Source: an uncultured Nitrososphaeraceae archaeon (GTDB taxonomy: Archaea; Thermoproteota; Nitrososphaeria; Nitrososphaerales; Nitrososphaeraceae). From it: a DNA stretch of 30,851 nucleotides. A program made the position numbers and the translations under genes. Under the pieces are notes generated by a model that saw only the letters and a program-made list of their open reading frames with translations, was not told the DNA's origin and did not search any database. The stretch covers positions 1-30,851 of the forward strand of contig CAWGVG010000037.1 of assembly GCA_963825865.1 (NCBI GenBank), written 5' to 3'. Below are positions 1-9,741 of this stretch, in pieces. Position 1 is the first letter of the stretch; each line of letters opens with the position of its first letter.

Positions 1-393
1 TGCTGCTGATATAACTTTGGCATAGCCTGTCATCTCTACGTTCTTCCACGGTTCTTGTCCTTTAGGAGTATTGACATTCATTCTCACTTCGTTGCCAAAT
101 TTGCTATTTGTCTGTCTACCTTCTATTTGCCATGAACCATCAGGTTGTTTTGCTATTGAAGATTGAGGGTCAAATATTTTATCGCTTGTTGGATTATCCA
201 TATTGATAAACCATTCCCTTCCGCCCGGTTTTGTAGGATAAATTTCTTTTGACTTGAATATGTGTCTAATAACGCTAGGAGGAGAAGGACTGGGTTTAAT
301 GTAAAGATAATAATGATAGACTACAACAGATGTAATAGTTATGAGTGCGATGAATATTACTACGCCTATTACAATCTTACGTTCTTTATTCAT
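1..393 (-). CDS. Membrane-anchored/secreted hypothetical protein, runs off the left edge (not in ORF track)
   Basis: Manual translation from ATG at 393 is open to base 1: MNKERKIVIGVVIFIALITITSVVVYHYYLYIKPSPSPP...KEIYPTKPGGREWFINMDNP...WKNVEMTGYAKVISAA. It has a basic N-terminus, a TM helix and a Pro-rich linker. The KEIYPTK...WKNVEMTGY pattern is recalled from a paralogous Nitrososphaera hypothetical family. Confidence 0.8.
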   Translation of the reverse strand, partial: MNKERKIVIGVVIFIALITITSVVVYHYYLYIKPSPSPPSVIRHIFKSKEIYPTKPGGREWFINMDNPTSDKIFDPQSSIAKQPDGSWQIEGRQTNSKFGNEVRMNVNTPKGQEPWKNVEMTGYAKVISAA

Positions 394-647
394 ATTACTG
401 ATTTCAAACAGCTATTGTGCTGTGCTAGATTAAGAATGATATCCCAGATTTAAAGATCCTCCAATTCAAAAATCTAAAGACCTTAGACAGGAATCATTTG
501 CGTTGCAGCATATACAGTTACCAACATATTCAATCCTCCGTCTTAGCGGTTACTACTATCAAGATCCTTCATCCTCATTACCAATTTCTTCTTAGAAGGA
601 ATAGTGAACCTTCCATCCTCATTCTCTGTAATGGTCCAAAGTGATTA

Positions 648-1704
648 GACCTATTGCGTAATTACGAAAGAAAGAAAATCTCTTTATGATACTTAACTTT
701 GGCTTGCTTGCTTTCTAAAGTAACATCATTCCATTGGTTCGCATTATCCTGAAATTTACTAGTCCTGAAACAATGTCAGAAGCATGATCATATCTTACAA
801 GCTTATTTCTAAATTTCGTACCCATTATTCCGAACTTTTTAATTCTGCTCACAGTATGCTCGACTATTACCCTTAGTGGAATGCTTTCTATTGTGTTTCT
901 TTTCTTGATGTGAGAGTTCACTTTTCCTTTTCTTTCTAACTGGAAGCACAGACTTTACAGTGGGAAAGTCATTCTGAACTCCCATGTACCCAAATCAAAT
1001 ACATTCTCAACTTGCGGTGGAGTTGTTGTAGGATGTTTATTTTTGAAAATCTCATAATCATGTATTCTTCCCCAATCATGACCTGTTTTGTGCAGTATGG
1101 TACCTTCAATGTTTACCATATATTGTGTCTTTACAGTATGTTTCTTCTTTTTGCCAGAGTAATAGCTCTTTCTCCTTCTCTTGTTCTTTGGTCTTGGGAT
1201 CTCTTGTTCGGAAGAGTCAATAAATGCTTTGAAACCGGGAAAGTACTCTTCTACTTCATCTATAGTTCTAAGTCTTCTTGTACGTTTATACAACTTCTTT
1301 GGCAATGGGATACACAGTTTGACAAGTGGTTCAAGCATAGATATATCTCTGCAGATATTACTCTGGTCAAGATCGAACAGAAATCCTGAAAGTGTATACG
1401 TTATGTACAGCCTATAATACACTAAAAGTATCAAGAACCTTTCTTTAACTTTTAGTTTGAATGGTCTACCCGCACCTACTTTCCTTTCTCTTTTCCTATT
1501 GGAAAGACGCTTTCTTTCATGCTCATCATATTTTGATTCTATATCTTTGGCAATAACATCAAATTCTGATATTTCAAGTCCAGTAAATGATCTAAATAAC
1601 AAAGACCTCTTAGATAGTCTAGCATAAGACATCAAGACAGCATCACCGAATGAATGCTGTACAACGTAAAATATAGCTGTAAGCCTTCAATTACGCAACA
1701 GGTC
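648..1704 (-). mobile_element. IS5-family (ISL2-like) insertion sequence, complete ends
   Basis: Inverted ends: GACCTATTGCGTAATT (648-663) and AATTACGCAACAGGTC (1689-1704), 1 mismatch. TA flanks both sides (646-647, 1705-1706). The element encloses a DDE transposase. Confidence 0.88.
715..1635 (-). CDS. DDE transposase (HTH_Tnp_4 plus DDE_Tnp_4-like), split by frameshifts near 930-990
   Basis: Motifs FRSFTGL, GAGRPFKL, FIDSSEQEIPRP, YYSGKKKKHTVK, HD, DLG in ORF 955..1635. The C-terminus, RVIVEHTVSRIKKFGIMG, is in ORF 715..921. Confidence 0.9.
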
Positions 1705-1821
1705 TATTATACAGCTGACAATGAATTACTTTTTAAAGCCTATTTCTCTTAAATTTAGTTTAGTGTTCAAAATATGTAATATTACACTAATGAACAAGAT
1801 AGAACAAATGCTGCTAAACAG

Positions 1822-2427
1822 ATGAGTCAAAGGCAGAAAAATATGGTTATGATTGGAGCTGGTCGGATAAACAATACTATTAATGAAAATGCAAAGGCGC
1901 CAGGAACAATCAAAGGACAGCAACAACAAGTACAAAGCAATGCAACAACAACAACAACAACGACCTCCTCAAAAATAAGGACAGGTTCTTTCATTGGAGC
2001 TGGTGACGGATTTCACAATGCAGAAGGATTAACAAAAGTAATTCCCTTAGGACAAGGAAGTTCCGTCATCAGATTGGAAAACTTCAAGTCTACTAATGGA
2101 CCTAATGTTCATCTTTATCTGTCTACTGATAAAGCTGCTTCAAATTTTATAGATCTTGGAAGGTTGAAAGCAAATAACGGGAATCAAAATTACAATATAC
2201 CTGATGGAACTAATCTATCAAAATACGACATGGTTTTGATATGGTGTAAGGACTTTTCTGTACTGTTTGGAAGCACGTGTAACAGAATGGAGACGAACAT
2301 ATATTATTGCCAACAACAGCCTTTCCTTCTGTATGTAGCATATTTTCCATGCTCTTCATATCCTTGCTGGGAATTAAATGATGTATCGCACTCTTCACAT
2401 TTAAAGGAGCTATTTGTTGATATTTGA
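1822..2427 (+). CDS. DM13 (electron-transfer) domain protein; last residues replaced by unrelated sequence
   Basis: GSFIGAGDGFHNAEG...RLENFKSTNGPNVHLYLS...DLGRLKANNGNQNY.IP...KYDMVLIWCKDFSVLFGS is a DM13 signature. Homology stops at about 2273. Confidence 0.85.
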   Translation: MSQRQKNMVMIGAGRINNTINENAKAPGTIKGQQQQVQSNATTTTTTTSSKIRTGSFIGAGDGFHNAEGLTKVIPLGQGSSVIRLENFKSTNGPNVHLYLSTDKAASNFIDLGRLKANNGNQNYNIPDGTNLSKYDMVLIWCKDFSVLFGSTCNRMETNIYYCQQQPFLLYVAYFPCSSYPCWELNDVSHSSHLKELFVDI

Positions 2428-2432
2428 CCCAT
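2304..2432 (-). CDS. C2H2-like zinc-finger microprotein (not in ORF track)
   Basis: MGQISTNSSFKCEECDTSFNSQQGYEEHG...: C-x2-C-x12-H. Removing one base in GGAAAATATG gives EHGNMLH (H-x4-H). A TTTATAAA box lies just upstream on the minus strand. Confidence 0.65.
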   Translation of the reverse strand: MGQISTNSSFKCEECDTSFNSQQGYEEHGKYATYRRKGCCWQ

Positions 2433-2577
2433 AGTGAACCGATCCGTATTTATAAATAAAATAGGTTTTTACTTTGTTCTAATCTGACTTGATCCCTCAC
2501 CAAAAGCCCAAGACCTACATGAATTACAAAATGAATTTAAATATCTTATTGCTGATGTACATTTTGTCTTAGATATA

Positions 2578-3008
2578 TTGCTGTTAACCTATGAAAAGAT
2601 AAAACACATAGTAGAAGTAGACGAAAAGATATTGGCTGTTTTTATTGTAGATTCTAATGGGAAGATGTCTGATTTATTTATTGCTCCTGACGCGAAGATT
2701 GATGGTTCATTTATTGAAACTATAAAATCAAAATTGAATCTTAAATTTGAAACAGTGGAAGAAACTACAGAAGAAGAAGTAGAAGAAGAAATACAACCAT
2801 CAACAAATCTTCTTGGAAGACACTTTGGGATATTTCAGAATATGACAAAATAAAGGTTATTAAGATTCATGAATCAAATCGCATGATAGTTGTATTAGCC
2901 AAGAGTCATACATCCCCAGGCGATGTTGCTGAGACAGTGTTAGGTTATCTTTATGAATCTGACGAAGAGGAAGAGCAACAACAACAAGAACCTCCATGTT
3001 TGTTTTAA
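2578..3008 (+). CDS. Roadblock/LC7- or profilin-like small protein, one frameshift near 2825
   Basis: ORF 2578..2853 (EVDEKILAVFIVDSNGKM) continues in another frame as WDISEYDKIKVIKIHESNRMIVVLAKSHTSPGDVAETVLGYLYESDEEEEQQQQEPPCLF*. The fold is inferred from the alternating beta pattern. Confidence 0.5.
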
Positions 3009-3132
3009 TTAGTTGTCTTATTCTTCAATTACTATAAATATAAAATACATATATTCCCATGCAATAACCAAACTTTTAAGACAGGGGCTGCCCTTCCATT
3101 ATGAATCGATAACAATTATTGGTATCTACAGG

Positions 3133-3273
3133 ACAGAAGGCGCAACTTTTCTTCACATTGTGCTTTCACTTGGTATATTGTTATTTGCCTCAAAGTTATT
3201 TGCTGAACTTTTCCACAGAATAAAGATGCCCATTGTATTAGGCGAACTTTTAGCTGGGATTGTTGTAGGTCCT
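3133..3273 (+). pseudogene. N-terminal fragment of a CPA2 (KefB/NapA-like) cation:proton antiporter
   Basis: FLHIVLSLGILLFASKLFAELFHRIKMPIVLGELLAGIVVGP matches the first two TM helices of CPA2 antiporters. The sequence then switches abruptly to unrelated DNA. Confidence 0.8.
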
Positions 3274-3499
3274 TGTAATCTAATTATGTGTCACTCACAC
3301 CAGTTTGATGAGTTGAAGCGAGCAAATGTCCATATTAAACTGGGGGACATGAAATTCCGGCATTGGCAGCTTGACGACCATCTTCATTAGGATTCCACAC
3401 TCTATATGGTCTTCTATTTTGAATTTCTAGACCTAATTATGATGATTCTACGCTTTGAGCATCTATTTCTGCTATAGTGTGAGCTGCTAGGCAGGCTGG

Positions 3500-4716
3500 C
3501 TAGCTCATTTTGATATCTTTTAGTACTTGGTTAGTCTTTAATTCTCCATCCTTAATTGAAGCCTTTATAGTAGCTAGTGAAAAATCTGCATTCTCATAAA
3601 GAGATGGAAATGGCTCGCTCCTGGTTATATAATATACGCCTTTAATTTCTGCCCCATGTTCCTTTGATATTTTTTTATATTTTGCTCGGATCTTTTTCAT
3701 CTTCTCTTTATCTTCTTTTTTCTCTGAATCAAAATTGTTTTCAAGCATATGGTAAATCTCATCGATAAACTTTAGATAGTAAGTGAATGCTTTGGACATT
3801 TGGACATTGTGCATAGTTTTATCACTTAACATGATATCTCTTGCTCTATGCTGTATCTCCTGTAAGTTGTCTGGCAGATTGTCAATATTTTTTGGGTAAT
3901 TTTCGACTAAAAAAATCCGTTTGTCATTTACAGGAGAGGCATCTATGACTTCTCTTAGCGGAGTATTGCTTAGCAAACTGCCATCCCAAGCGTATACTCC
4001 TTTTTCTACTTCTATCCATTGAAAATAATATGATGGATATCCAGTTGGAGCTAATATGTGCCTTGAAGCTATTTGCTGTTTAGAACTATCAAATATTAGT
4101 GGTTCGGCATTCAAGACATTCACTGCTGTTATAATTAGACGTGCATTAGGCTTACCATTTGGTTGTAACTTGTTATAATCGATGTACTTTTCAGCCGTCT
4201 TCACTAAAGGCGAGTGGTCATACAGATACGTCCACTTATTAGGTGTAAAATACTGTGGATCTGTGAATGCGAATTCAGGCCTCCATCTTGGTACAAAGAC
4301 CTTTTTATTTCCATAAAGGCTACACCATAAAATGACAATGTTGATTTAAGTTGTGAAATATGTGTTATTGCGGAGTGGTCTGTGGTTGGTGTTGGTATTA
4401 GTGGAGGAAATGGTATTAGTATTGGTGTTGATGTTGATGTTGGATATTCAGCTAACCATTCTATAAAATGAGGATTTAAGCTTGCGCTACTGCTGCCCTC
4501 AGCTAGTTCCAACCAGTACTGTTCTAATGCGTTTTCAGGATGATCTTCTCCTTTACTGCCTGCTATTATAGAAGCATTTAGTCCACCAATTGATGTACCC
4601 GCAATTATGTCGATTTTTATATTGCTATTTGCAAGAGCCTTGAAGACTCCTCAGCCAAAGGCACCTAAAGAACCTCCCCCTTGAAGTATTAAGACATTCT
4701 CGATACTATCAGGCAT
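3500..4716 (-). CDS. Patatin-like phospholipase/esterase (in-frame TGA at 4651-4653 and a frameshift near 4320)
   Basis: From ATG 4716: MPDSIENVLILQGGGSLGAFG*GVFKAL...IAGTSIGG (oxyanion GGGxxG, nucleophile GxSxG). The catalytic Asp is in WDGSLLSNTPL in ORF 3500..4204. Confidence 0.9.
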
Positions 4717-4753
4717 ACTGGAATTTTATACCCCTAGACGTCATTACTTGCTA

Positions 4754-6170
4754 TCACTCTACATGATGATTATGAATTAATTGATCATAGAACCTAACTG
4801 ATTTGATATTCACAAACTCTAACATACCATATCTTGACAACTCCCTGCCAAAGCCACTCTTCTTTACTCCTCCAAATGGGACTCTTGGATCAGAAATAAC
4901 TACATTATTGACAGATACTATACCTGATTCTACGCTACTTGACAATCTCTCTGCCTTATCTAGATCCTGAGTCCATATGCTTGCTCCAAGACCGTACTCA
5001 GAATCATTAGCAAGATTTATAGCTTCAACTTCGTCATTAGCTACAATAATTGGGGCAACTGGACCAAATACCTCTTCCTGTGCTATGTGCATTTTTGGTG
5101 TAACATTCTTCAGAACTGTTGGTCTGTAGAAATAACCCTTTCTTCCTTTCTTCTTCCACCATCTGCTCTTCTCCTCCTGTGAGAATCTCAGCGCCTTCTT
5201 TAACCGAGTCTTTAACCTGAGAATCTATTTTCTTTAGGCCACTAGCGTTCACAAGAGGGCCTATATCTGTATCGTCGGATAGGGGGTCTCCCACCTTAAG
5301 TTTTTCAGTTTTTTGGACAAACTTTTCAATGAATTCGTTTGCCACTTTTTTGGTAACAATAAATCTCTTTGATGCTATGCAGCTCTGTCCACAATTAATA
5401 AAGCGCCCTTTGACAGCACCATTGGATGCTTTCTCGATATCTGCATCTTCGCACACTATAAAAGGATCGCTACCTCCTAACTCGAGCACTGTTTTCTTTA
5501 CTTGCGATGTAGCTCTTTGTGCAACCTTTGCACCTACTGGAACGCTTCCTGTAAATGTTACAGCGTTAATACCATCTGAATCAATCAGCGATTCTGCAAT
5601 ACTGGAGTCTCCTACCATAGTCTGAAAAACTCCGTCCGGTATTCCAGCCTTATTAAAGGTCTTCTCTATTTCAATTCCACACTGCATGGTGGCACTAGCC
5701 GGTTTTAACACTATAGTATTGCCAACCATTAATGAAGGAGTGCAAACCTTAATGCTTGCCAGTAAGGAAAATTCCAAGGCATTATACTGCCTATCACTCC
5801 AATAGGCTGAAATTTTATCACAGTCTTCCTGGCATCGGTGTTGACTATTTCATCAGTTGAAAGAGATCTGTCCATTATCAGCATAGTATTCCATCACCCA
5901 AGCACATTTTTCGACTTCAGATCTGGCTTCTTTTATCGCCTTTCCCATTTCATTTGTGGCTGTCCTTGCAAGATCCTCCTTATCTTTCCTTAGTTGATTA
6001 GCAAAGTCATGAAGAAAGTCAGTTCTTTTGCCTGCATCTTTTTTCCAGCCTTGAAATGCATTTTGTGCTTTCTTTACTGCGGCATTTATCTGTTCTTTGT
6101 TCATTATTTCGTATTGATTGATAACCTCTTCTGTTGCTGGATTTATCGTCTTTACCTTTCCTTCACTCAT
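4754..6170 (-). CDS. NAD(P)-dependent aldehyde dehydrogenase, succinate-semialdehyde dehydrogenase (GabD1/Sad)-like; three frameshifted pieces
   Basis: TINPAT, EMGK, FTGSVPVG, LELGGSDP (catalytic Glu), GQSCIA (catalytic Cys), EEVFGPV, PFGGVKKSGFGRELS. Confidence 0.95.
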
Positions 6171-7223
6171 GGATTTATCACTCCTCTACCAAGAATTTTA
6201 CCCTCTTTTAACATTGTTAACGCTTCCGTGGCTTGATTGAGTTTAAATCGATTTGATACAAGTGGCTTGATTATCCCCCTTTTTGCCAACGAGACCAACT
6301 CTATCATATCATTTAGAGTTCCAGTATATGATCCAATTAACCTGTATGCTCTTGTTGGCATACTGACTAAACTTAATTTTAGTTCGCCTCCAAAGAGTCC
6401 CACTAAGACGAGCCTTGCTCTTCTTCTAAGAAATTGCATATCGGACTCTACAGTTTTTGAGGCATTGACAAAGTCAATTACCGCATCGGCACCCATTTTA
6501 TCAGTCAATTCCATGACTGCTTTTACTGGGTCTTCTTTTTTTGAATTTATAATGTTATCTGCACCATTCTTTTTTGCAGCTCCTAATTTTTCATCATCTA
6601 AATCCATCGCAATTATCCTAGCGCCAGTAACTGCTTTTGCCAACTGAATAGCCATCAAGCCTAATCCTCCTGCACCAACAATAACCACATTATCATTTGG
6701 CTTTAGATTGGTATTCTTTACTGCTCCGTATGCTGTAAGCGCAGAACATGATAATGTCGCACTTGCATTAGTATCCATCTCATCATCCATTTTTAATAGA
6801 TATTTGTAACTTGGTACCAGGTACATACTCTGCATAACCTCCATCCATATAGACACCTAATGATCTAGGTTTATCACACAGATTCTCTTCACCAACTCTA
6901 CATGCAGGGCATAGCCCTTCACCTATCCATGGATAGACAAGGACTTTATCATTTTTGCTAAATCCTTCTGCTTGATCACCCAGACTATCTACTGTTCCTG
7001 CTATCTCATGTCCAGGAGTTAATGGATACTTTACTCCTCTATCAGTAGTTTTTAGAAATTGCCCTTCAAGACCCTCGTATCCTCCTTCCCACAAGTGGAT
7101 ATCGCTATGACAAACACCGGAGGATTCGACCTTGATGAGGACCTGTGAACCCTTAGGGCTTGGAGTTTCAAGTTGTTGTACTTCTAAAGACTCCTTTGGT
7201 TTAACAATTCTTGCAGATTTCAT
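6167..7223 (-). CDS. adh: Zn-dependent medium-chain alcohol dehydrogenase (6-hydroxyhexanoate dehydrogenase-like subgroup), one frameshift near 6825
   Basis: GVCHSDIH, PGHEIAG, structural Zn site E-x2-C-x2-C-x7-C (GEGLCPACRVGEENLC), GAGGLG Rossmann motif. The stop codon overlaps the ALDH start (ATGA). Confidence 0.95.
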
Positions 7224-7665
7224 GCCAACATTAGGAAGTTTATTGCATATAAAGAGGCTTAGCTACTAGAACCGTCTCATATGGAAGATGAAGACCATTC
7301 AAGATATATATATATTTAACAGGGTCTTAAATCCTTGATCTTAGTGAAGATAACATCAGGTCTTCCAACTATGTATTACATATAAAAAACGAATATTCAT
7401 TCGACGTGATATCAAATGAATGGATTCATTTCTGACATATGTCAATTGATGGAACACAGTTAACTTTACCCAAATGGCTTGAGCCATAACGTAAAGATCA
7501 AATATATATATATATATATATCAGTAGTATAGATGCAAGAAAAAGATTATGTATGTTTATGAATTTTAATTCTATTCTTTAGCCAGAGGTGGCCGCAACG
7601 TCACCTCTGTTGTAGCTTTCGTTGTCTGCATAGGTTTCTATCATATTCGTTTCATAAGTTTTTAT

Positions 7666-7800
7666 TTATCGTTCTGTACTATTCACAGCATGCTCTTTTC
7701 TAAGGTGTTTGTCCAGTTCTATTTCATTTTTAAGTACCTTATTACAAATACTACACGTCATTCTGTCTTTCCTTCTTTGAATATAATCTGCTAGTCTCAT
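7666..7800 (-). CDS. C2H2 zinc-finger microprotein, 44 aa (not in ORF track)
   Basis: MRLADYIQRRKDRMTCSICNKVLKNEIELDKHLRKEHAVNSTER*: exact C-x2-C-x12-H-x4-H spacing. Confidence 0.8.
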   Translation of the reverse strand: MRLADYIQRRKDRMTCSICNKVLKNEIELDKHLRKEHAVNSTER

Positions 7801-8243
7801 AAGATATATTGTAATGCCCCACATTAATTATCAGTGTACCTCAATATTTTAAAAAGTTAGTATGCATGATGCCAAGGATTGGCTAGTATGACACAGAGCG
7901 TATAATTCACAAAGTGTATAGGTATAATTGCTAATTTGCAAAAGTTGTCTGTTACTGTTTGTTTTTTTTGCTCATCTATTTTTCTATTTCTTCTACTCTT
8001 TTTTATTTTTTCTTCTTCCTCATTCTGTGTCTATCTCTATGGCATTTCTACCAACTTTTTATCCGATGATTGTGATTGCTGCTGTTGTTGTTGTTCTAAT
8101 ACTGGTTGCCTCGAGACTGGTGATTCTACTAATTCCTGATGTTGCTATTGTGGCAGTATTATGGTTGTTTATCCAACCAGGTTGTTATAGTTGTACAGCT
8201 TCGTACAAACGTTTCAAAAATCTAATTTTTTTCATATGTATTA

Positions 8244-8669
8244 TTACCTGTAACGGCGTTCTGATTCTTCGATAGGATAGTCATTGGCACTCATATCACG
8301 TATGCACATCAAGCCACTGTCGTCGAATTCCCAATGTTCATTTCCATGAGTGCGCATCCATTGATCTGGATTAGCTGCATCTCTCCATTCATATTCAAAG
8401 CGAACAGAAATCCTATTTCCAGTATGACACCAGAGCTCTTTCATAAGATGGTAATCGAGTTCCTTAGCCCACTTGCGCTTTAGAAATTCTACTATAGCTT
8501 TTATCCCATTAAAAAACTCTGAACGGTTACGCCATCTTGAGTCCTCAGTATATGCTTGAGCTACAATCTCTGGATCGCGTGTATTCCATGCATTTTCAGC
8601 AGCTTTAACCTTTAGCTTTGCTTTTTCTTCATCAAAAGGAGGTTTGATGTCAGTTGATTTCGTTATCAC
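8244..8669 (-). CDS. DUF1348 / SnoaL-like NTF2-fold protein
   Basis: PPF...KVKAAENAWNTRDPE.VA.AYTEDSRWRNRSEF...RKWAKELDY.L.KELW...RISVRFEYEW...GNEHWEFD is the DUF1348 signature. Confidence 0.9.
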   Translation of the reverse strand: MITKSTDIKPPFDEEKAKLKVKAAENAWNTRDPEIVAQAYTEDSRWRNRSEFFNGIKAIVEFLKRKWAKELDYHLMKELWCHTGNRISVRFEYEWRDAANPDQWMRTHGNEHWEFDDSGLMCIRDMSANDYPIEESERRYR

Positions 8670-8759
8670 AGTATGTATATTTGTTTTAAAAATTATATAC
8701 GATACTATTCCTTGCCTAGATAAATCTCCTTGAGTTTGAGGTAAATTTGTATCATAGGA

Positions 8760-9300
8760 TCCCTAACACACGCATGGTGGTTCTAAAAAAGAGTACCAAA
8801 CTAACTATTACAAAGTATAGTGCTCATTCTGAGGTTTTAATTTCTCAATTAACAACTCAGATACGGGAGATTCTTTTACCATTGAATGATGCTCTGCGCC
8901 AGGCATTACAAATATGTCATGTTTAAACATTAAAGTAGTAGATCCTACTTCTCCCATTTTAATTGGCAGCATCCCTTTGTTCTATTCCTGATTTGATAGC
9001 AAATCCAAACTGTTTGAGTAATAGGGCATAATTGAATTTACCAAGAGCAACTAAGGATTGGGGTATACTTGTTCCTGCAGGAATAACAGAAAATATTTTT
9101 AATAATAATATCTTCCTCTTCTTTGTCATCCTTGTTCCTCTTTTTGTAGCTTCTATCAAACCTTGCATCCTCAGATGTTTCACTAACGTTCTGATAACAT
9201 GCCTTGAACACGTGAGCTAAATCAAAAGAAAATACTATAGTTTGGGTATTGTCATCAATATCCTCTCCGCTTGCTATTTTTCTTATAGTTTAATGTAAAT
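8760..9300 (-). pseudogene. DUF4443-like winged-helix protein, internally deleted and frameshifted (ends approximate)
   Basis: Across frames: ...FSFDLAHVFKA | VIRTLVKHLRMQGLIEATKRGTRMT...FAIKSGIEQRDAA | IKMGEVGSTTLMFKHDIFVMPG. The GIEQRDAAIK.G..G.TTL block is recalled from archaeal DUF4443 proteins. Confidence 0.65.
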
Positions 9301-9412
9301 AGATATATGATTATTCACACCTTGTTTAGGTAATCATCTAATACATCATTTAATCTATCTACTGCGAAACTGGTATATTTTTTACACATGTTTAGCAAGG
9401 TAGTGTCAATAC

Positions 9413-9441
9413 GTTGGATAAACTATCCTATCATTTATATA
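9413..9441 (+). promoter_or_regulatory. Candidate operator palindrome and TATA box of cbtBA
   Basis: GTTGGATA-AAC-TATCCTAT (core GGATA-N3-TATCC, 9416-9428) lies directly upstream of TTTATATA (9434-9441). The TATA box ends 23 nt before the likely cbtB ATG. Confidence 0.55.
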
Positions 9442-9464
9442 ATATGTATTGTGGTAATAGGCAA

Positions 9465-9698
9465 ATGTCTGTCATTATCAAACAGGTTGTAAAGGAAACC
9501 AGTGGTATACCAAAGATAGCTATTGGTATTCTGCTTACAATCTTGGTATTTGGGATGTTTGTCGTAGGATATGACCAAGGGCAGTTAGCTCAGGCCTTAT
9601 TTGCACCTATGGGAATTCATCTAAACCACGCACAATTAATGTTGATACATGAATTCAACCATGATTTAAGACATGCAGCAGGATTTCCATGTCACTAA
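9465..9698 (+). CDS. cbtB: Cobalt transporter subunit CbtB
   Basis: One TM helix, GYDQG, and the C-terminal HEFNHDLRHAAGFPCH signature. ATG 9465 is preferred over TTG 9414 because it follows the TATA box. Confidence 0.93.
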   Translation: MSVIIKQVVKETSGIPKIAIGILLTILVFGMFVVGYDQGQLAQALFAPMGIHLNHAQLMLIHEFNHDLRHAAGFPCH

Positions 9699-9741
9699 TC
9701 ATGATTATAGCAAAGACATTAAAAGAGACATTAAATAATAA

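Noticed and set aside
4651-4653. In-frame TGA in patatin at a likely Cys position, plus a TGA at codon 7 of the 19398..19610 ORF, suggesting selenocysteine or stop recoding
   Set aside because: TGA ends ordinary genes here (SDR, ALDH, ADH), the position is not catalytic, I saw no SECIS-like element, and the window is error-rich. Substitution or error is the simpler explanation.
1012-6647. Antisense ORFs 1012..1389, 1181..1417, 5329..5625, 5994..6236 and 6237..6647, and similar ones opposite the SDR, cupredoxin, IS481, ParB, S8 and propeller genes
   Set aside because: They overlap well-supported genes on the other strand and have no recognisable motifs.
7928-8275. Plus-strand hydrophobic and Cys-rich ORFs
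   Set aside because: They are antisense shadows of a decayed Gln/Glu/Lys-rich minus-strand sequence with many stops; poly-CAA/CAG reads as poly-Val or poly-Cys on the other strand.
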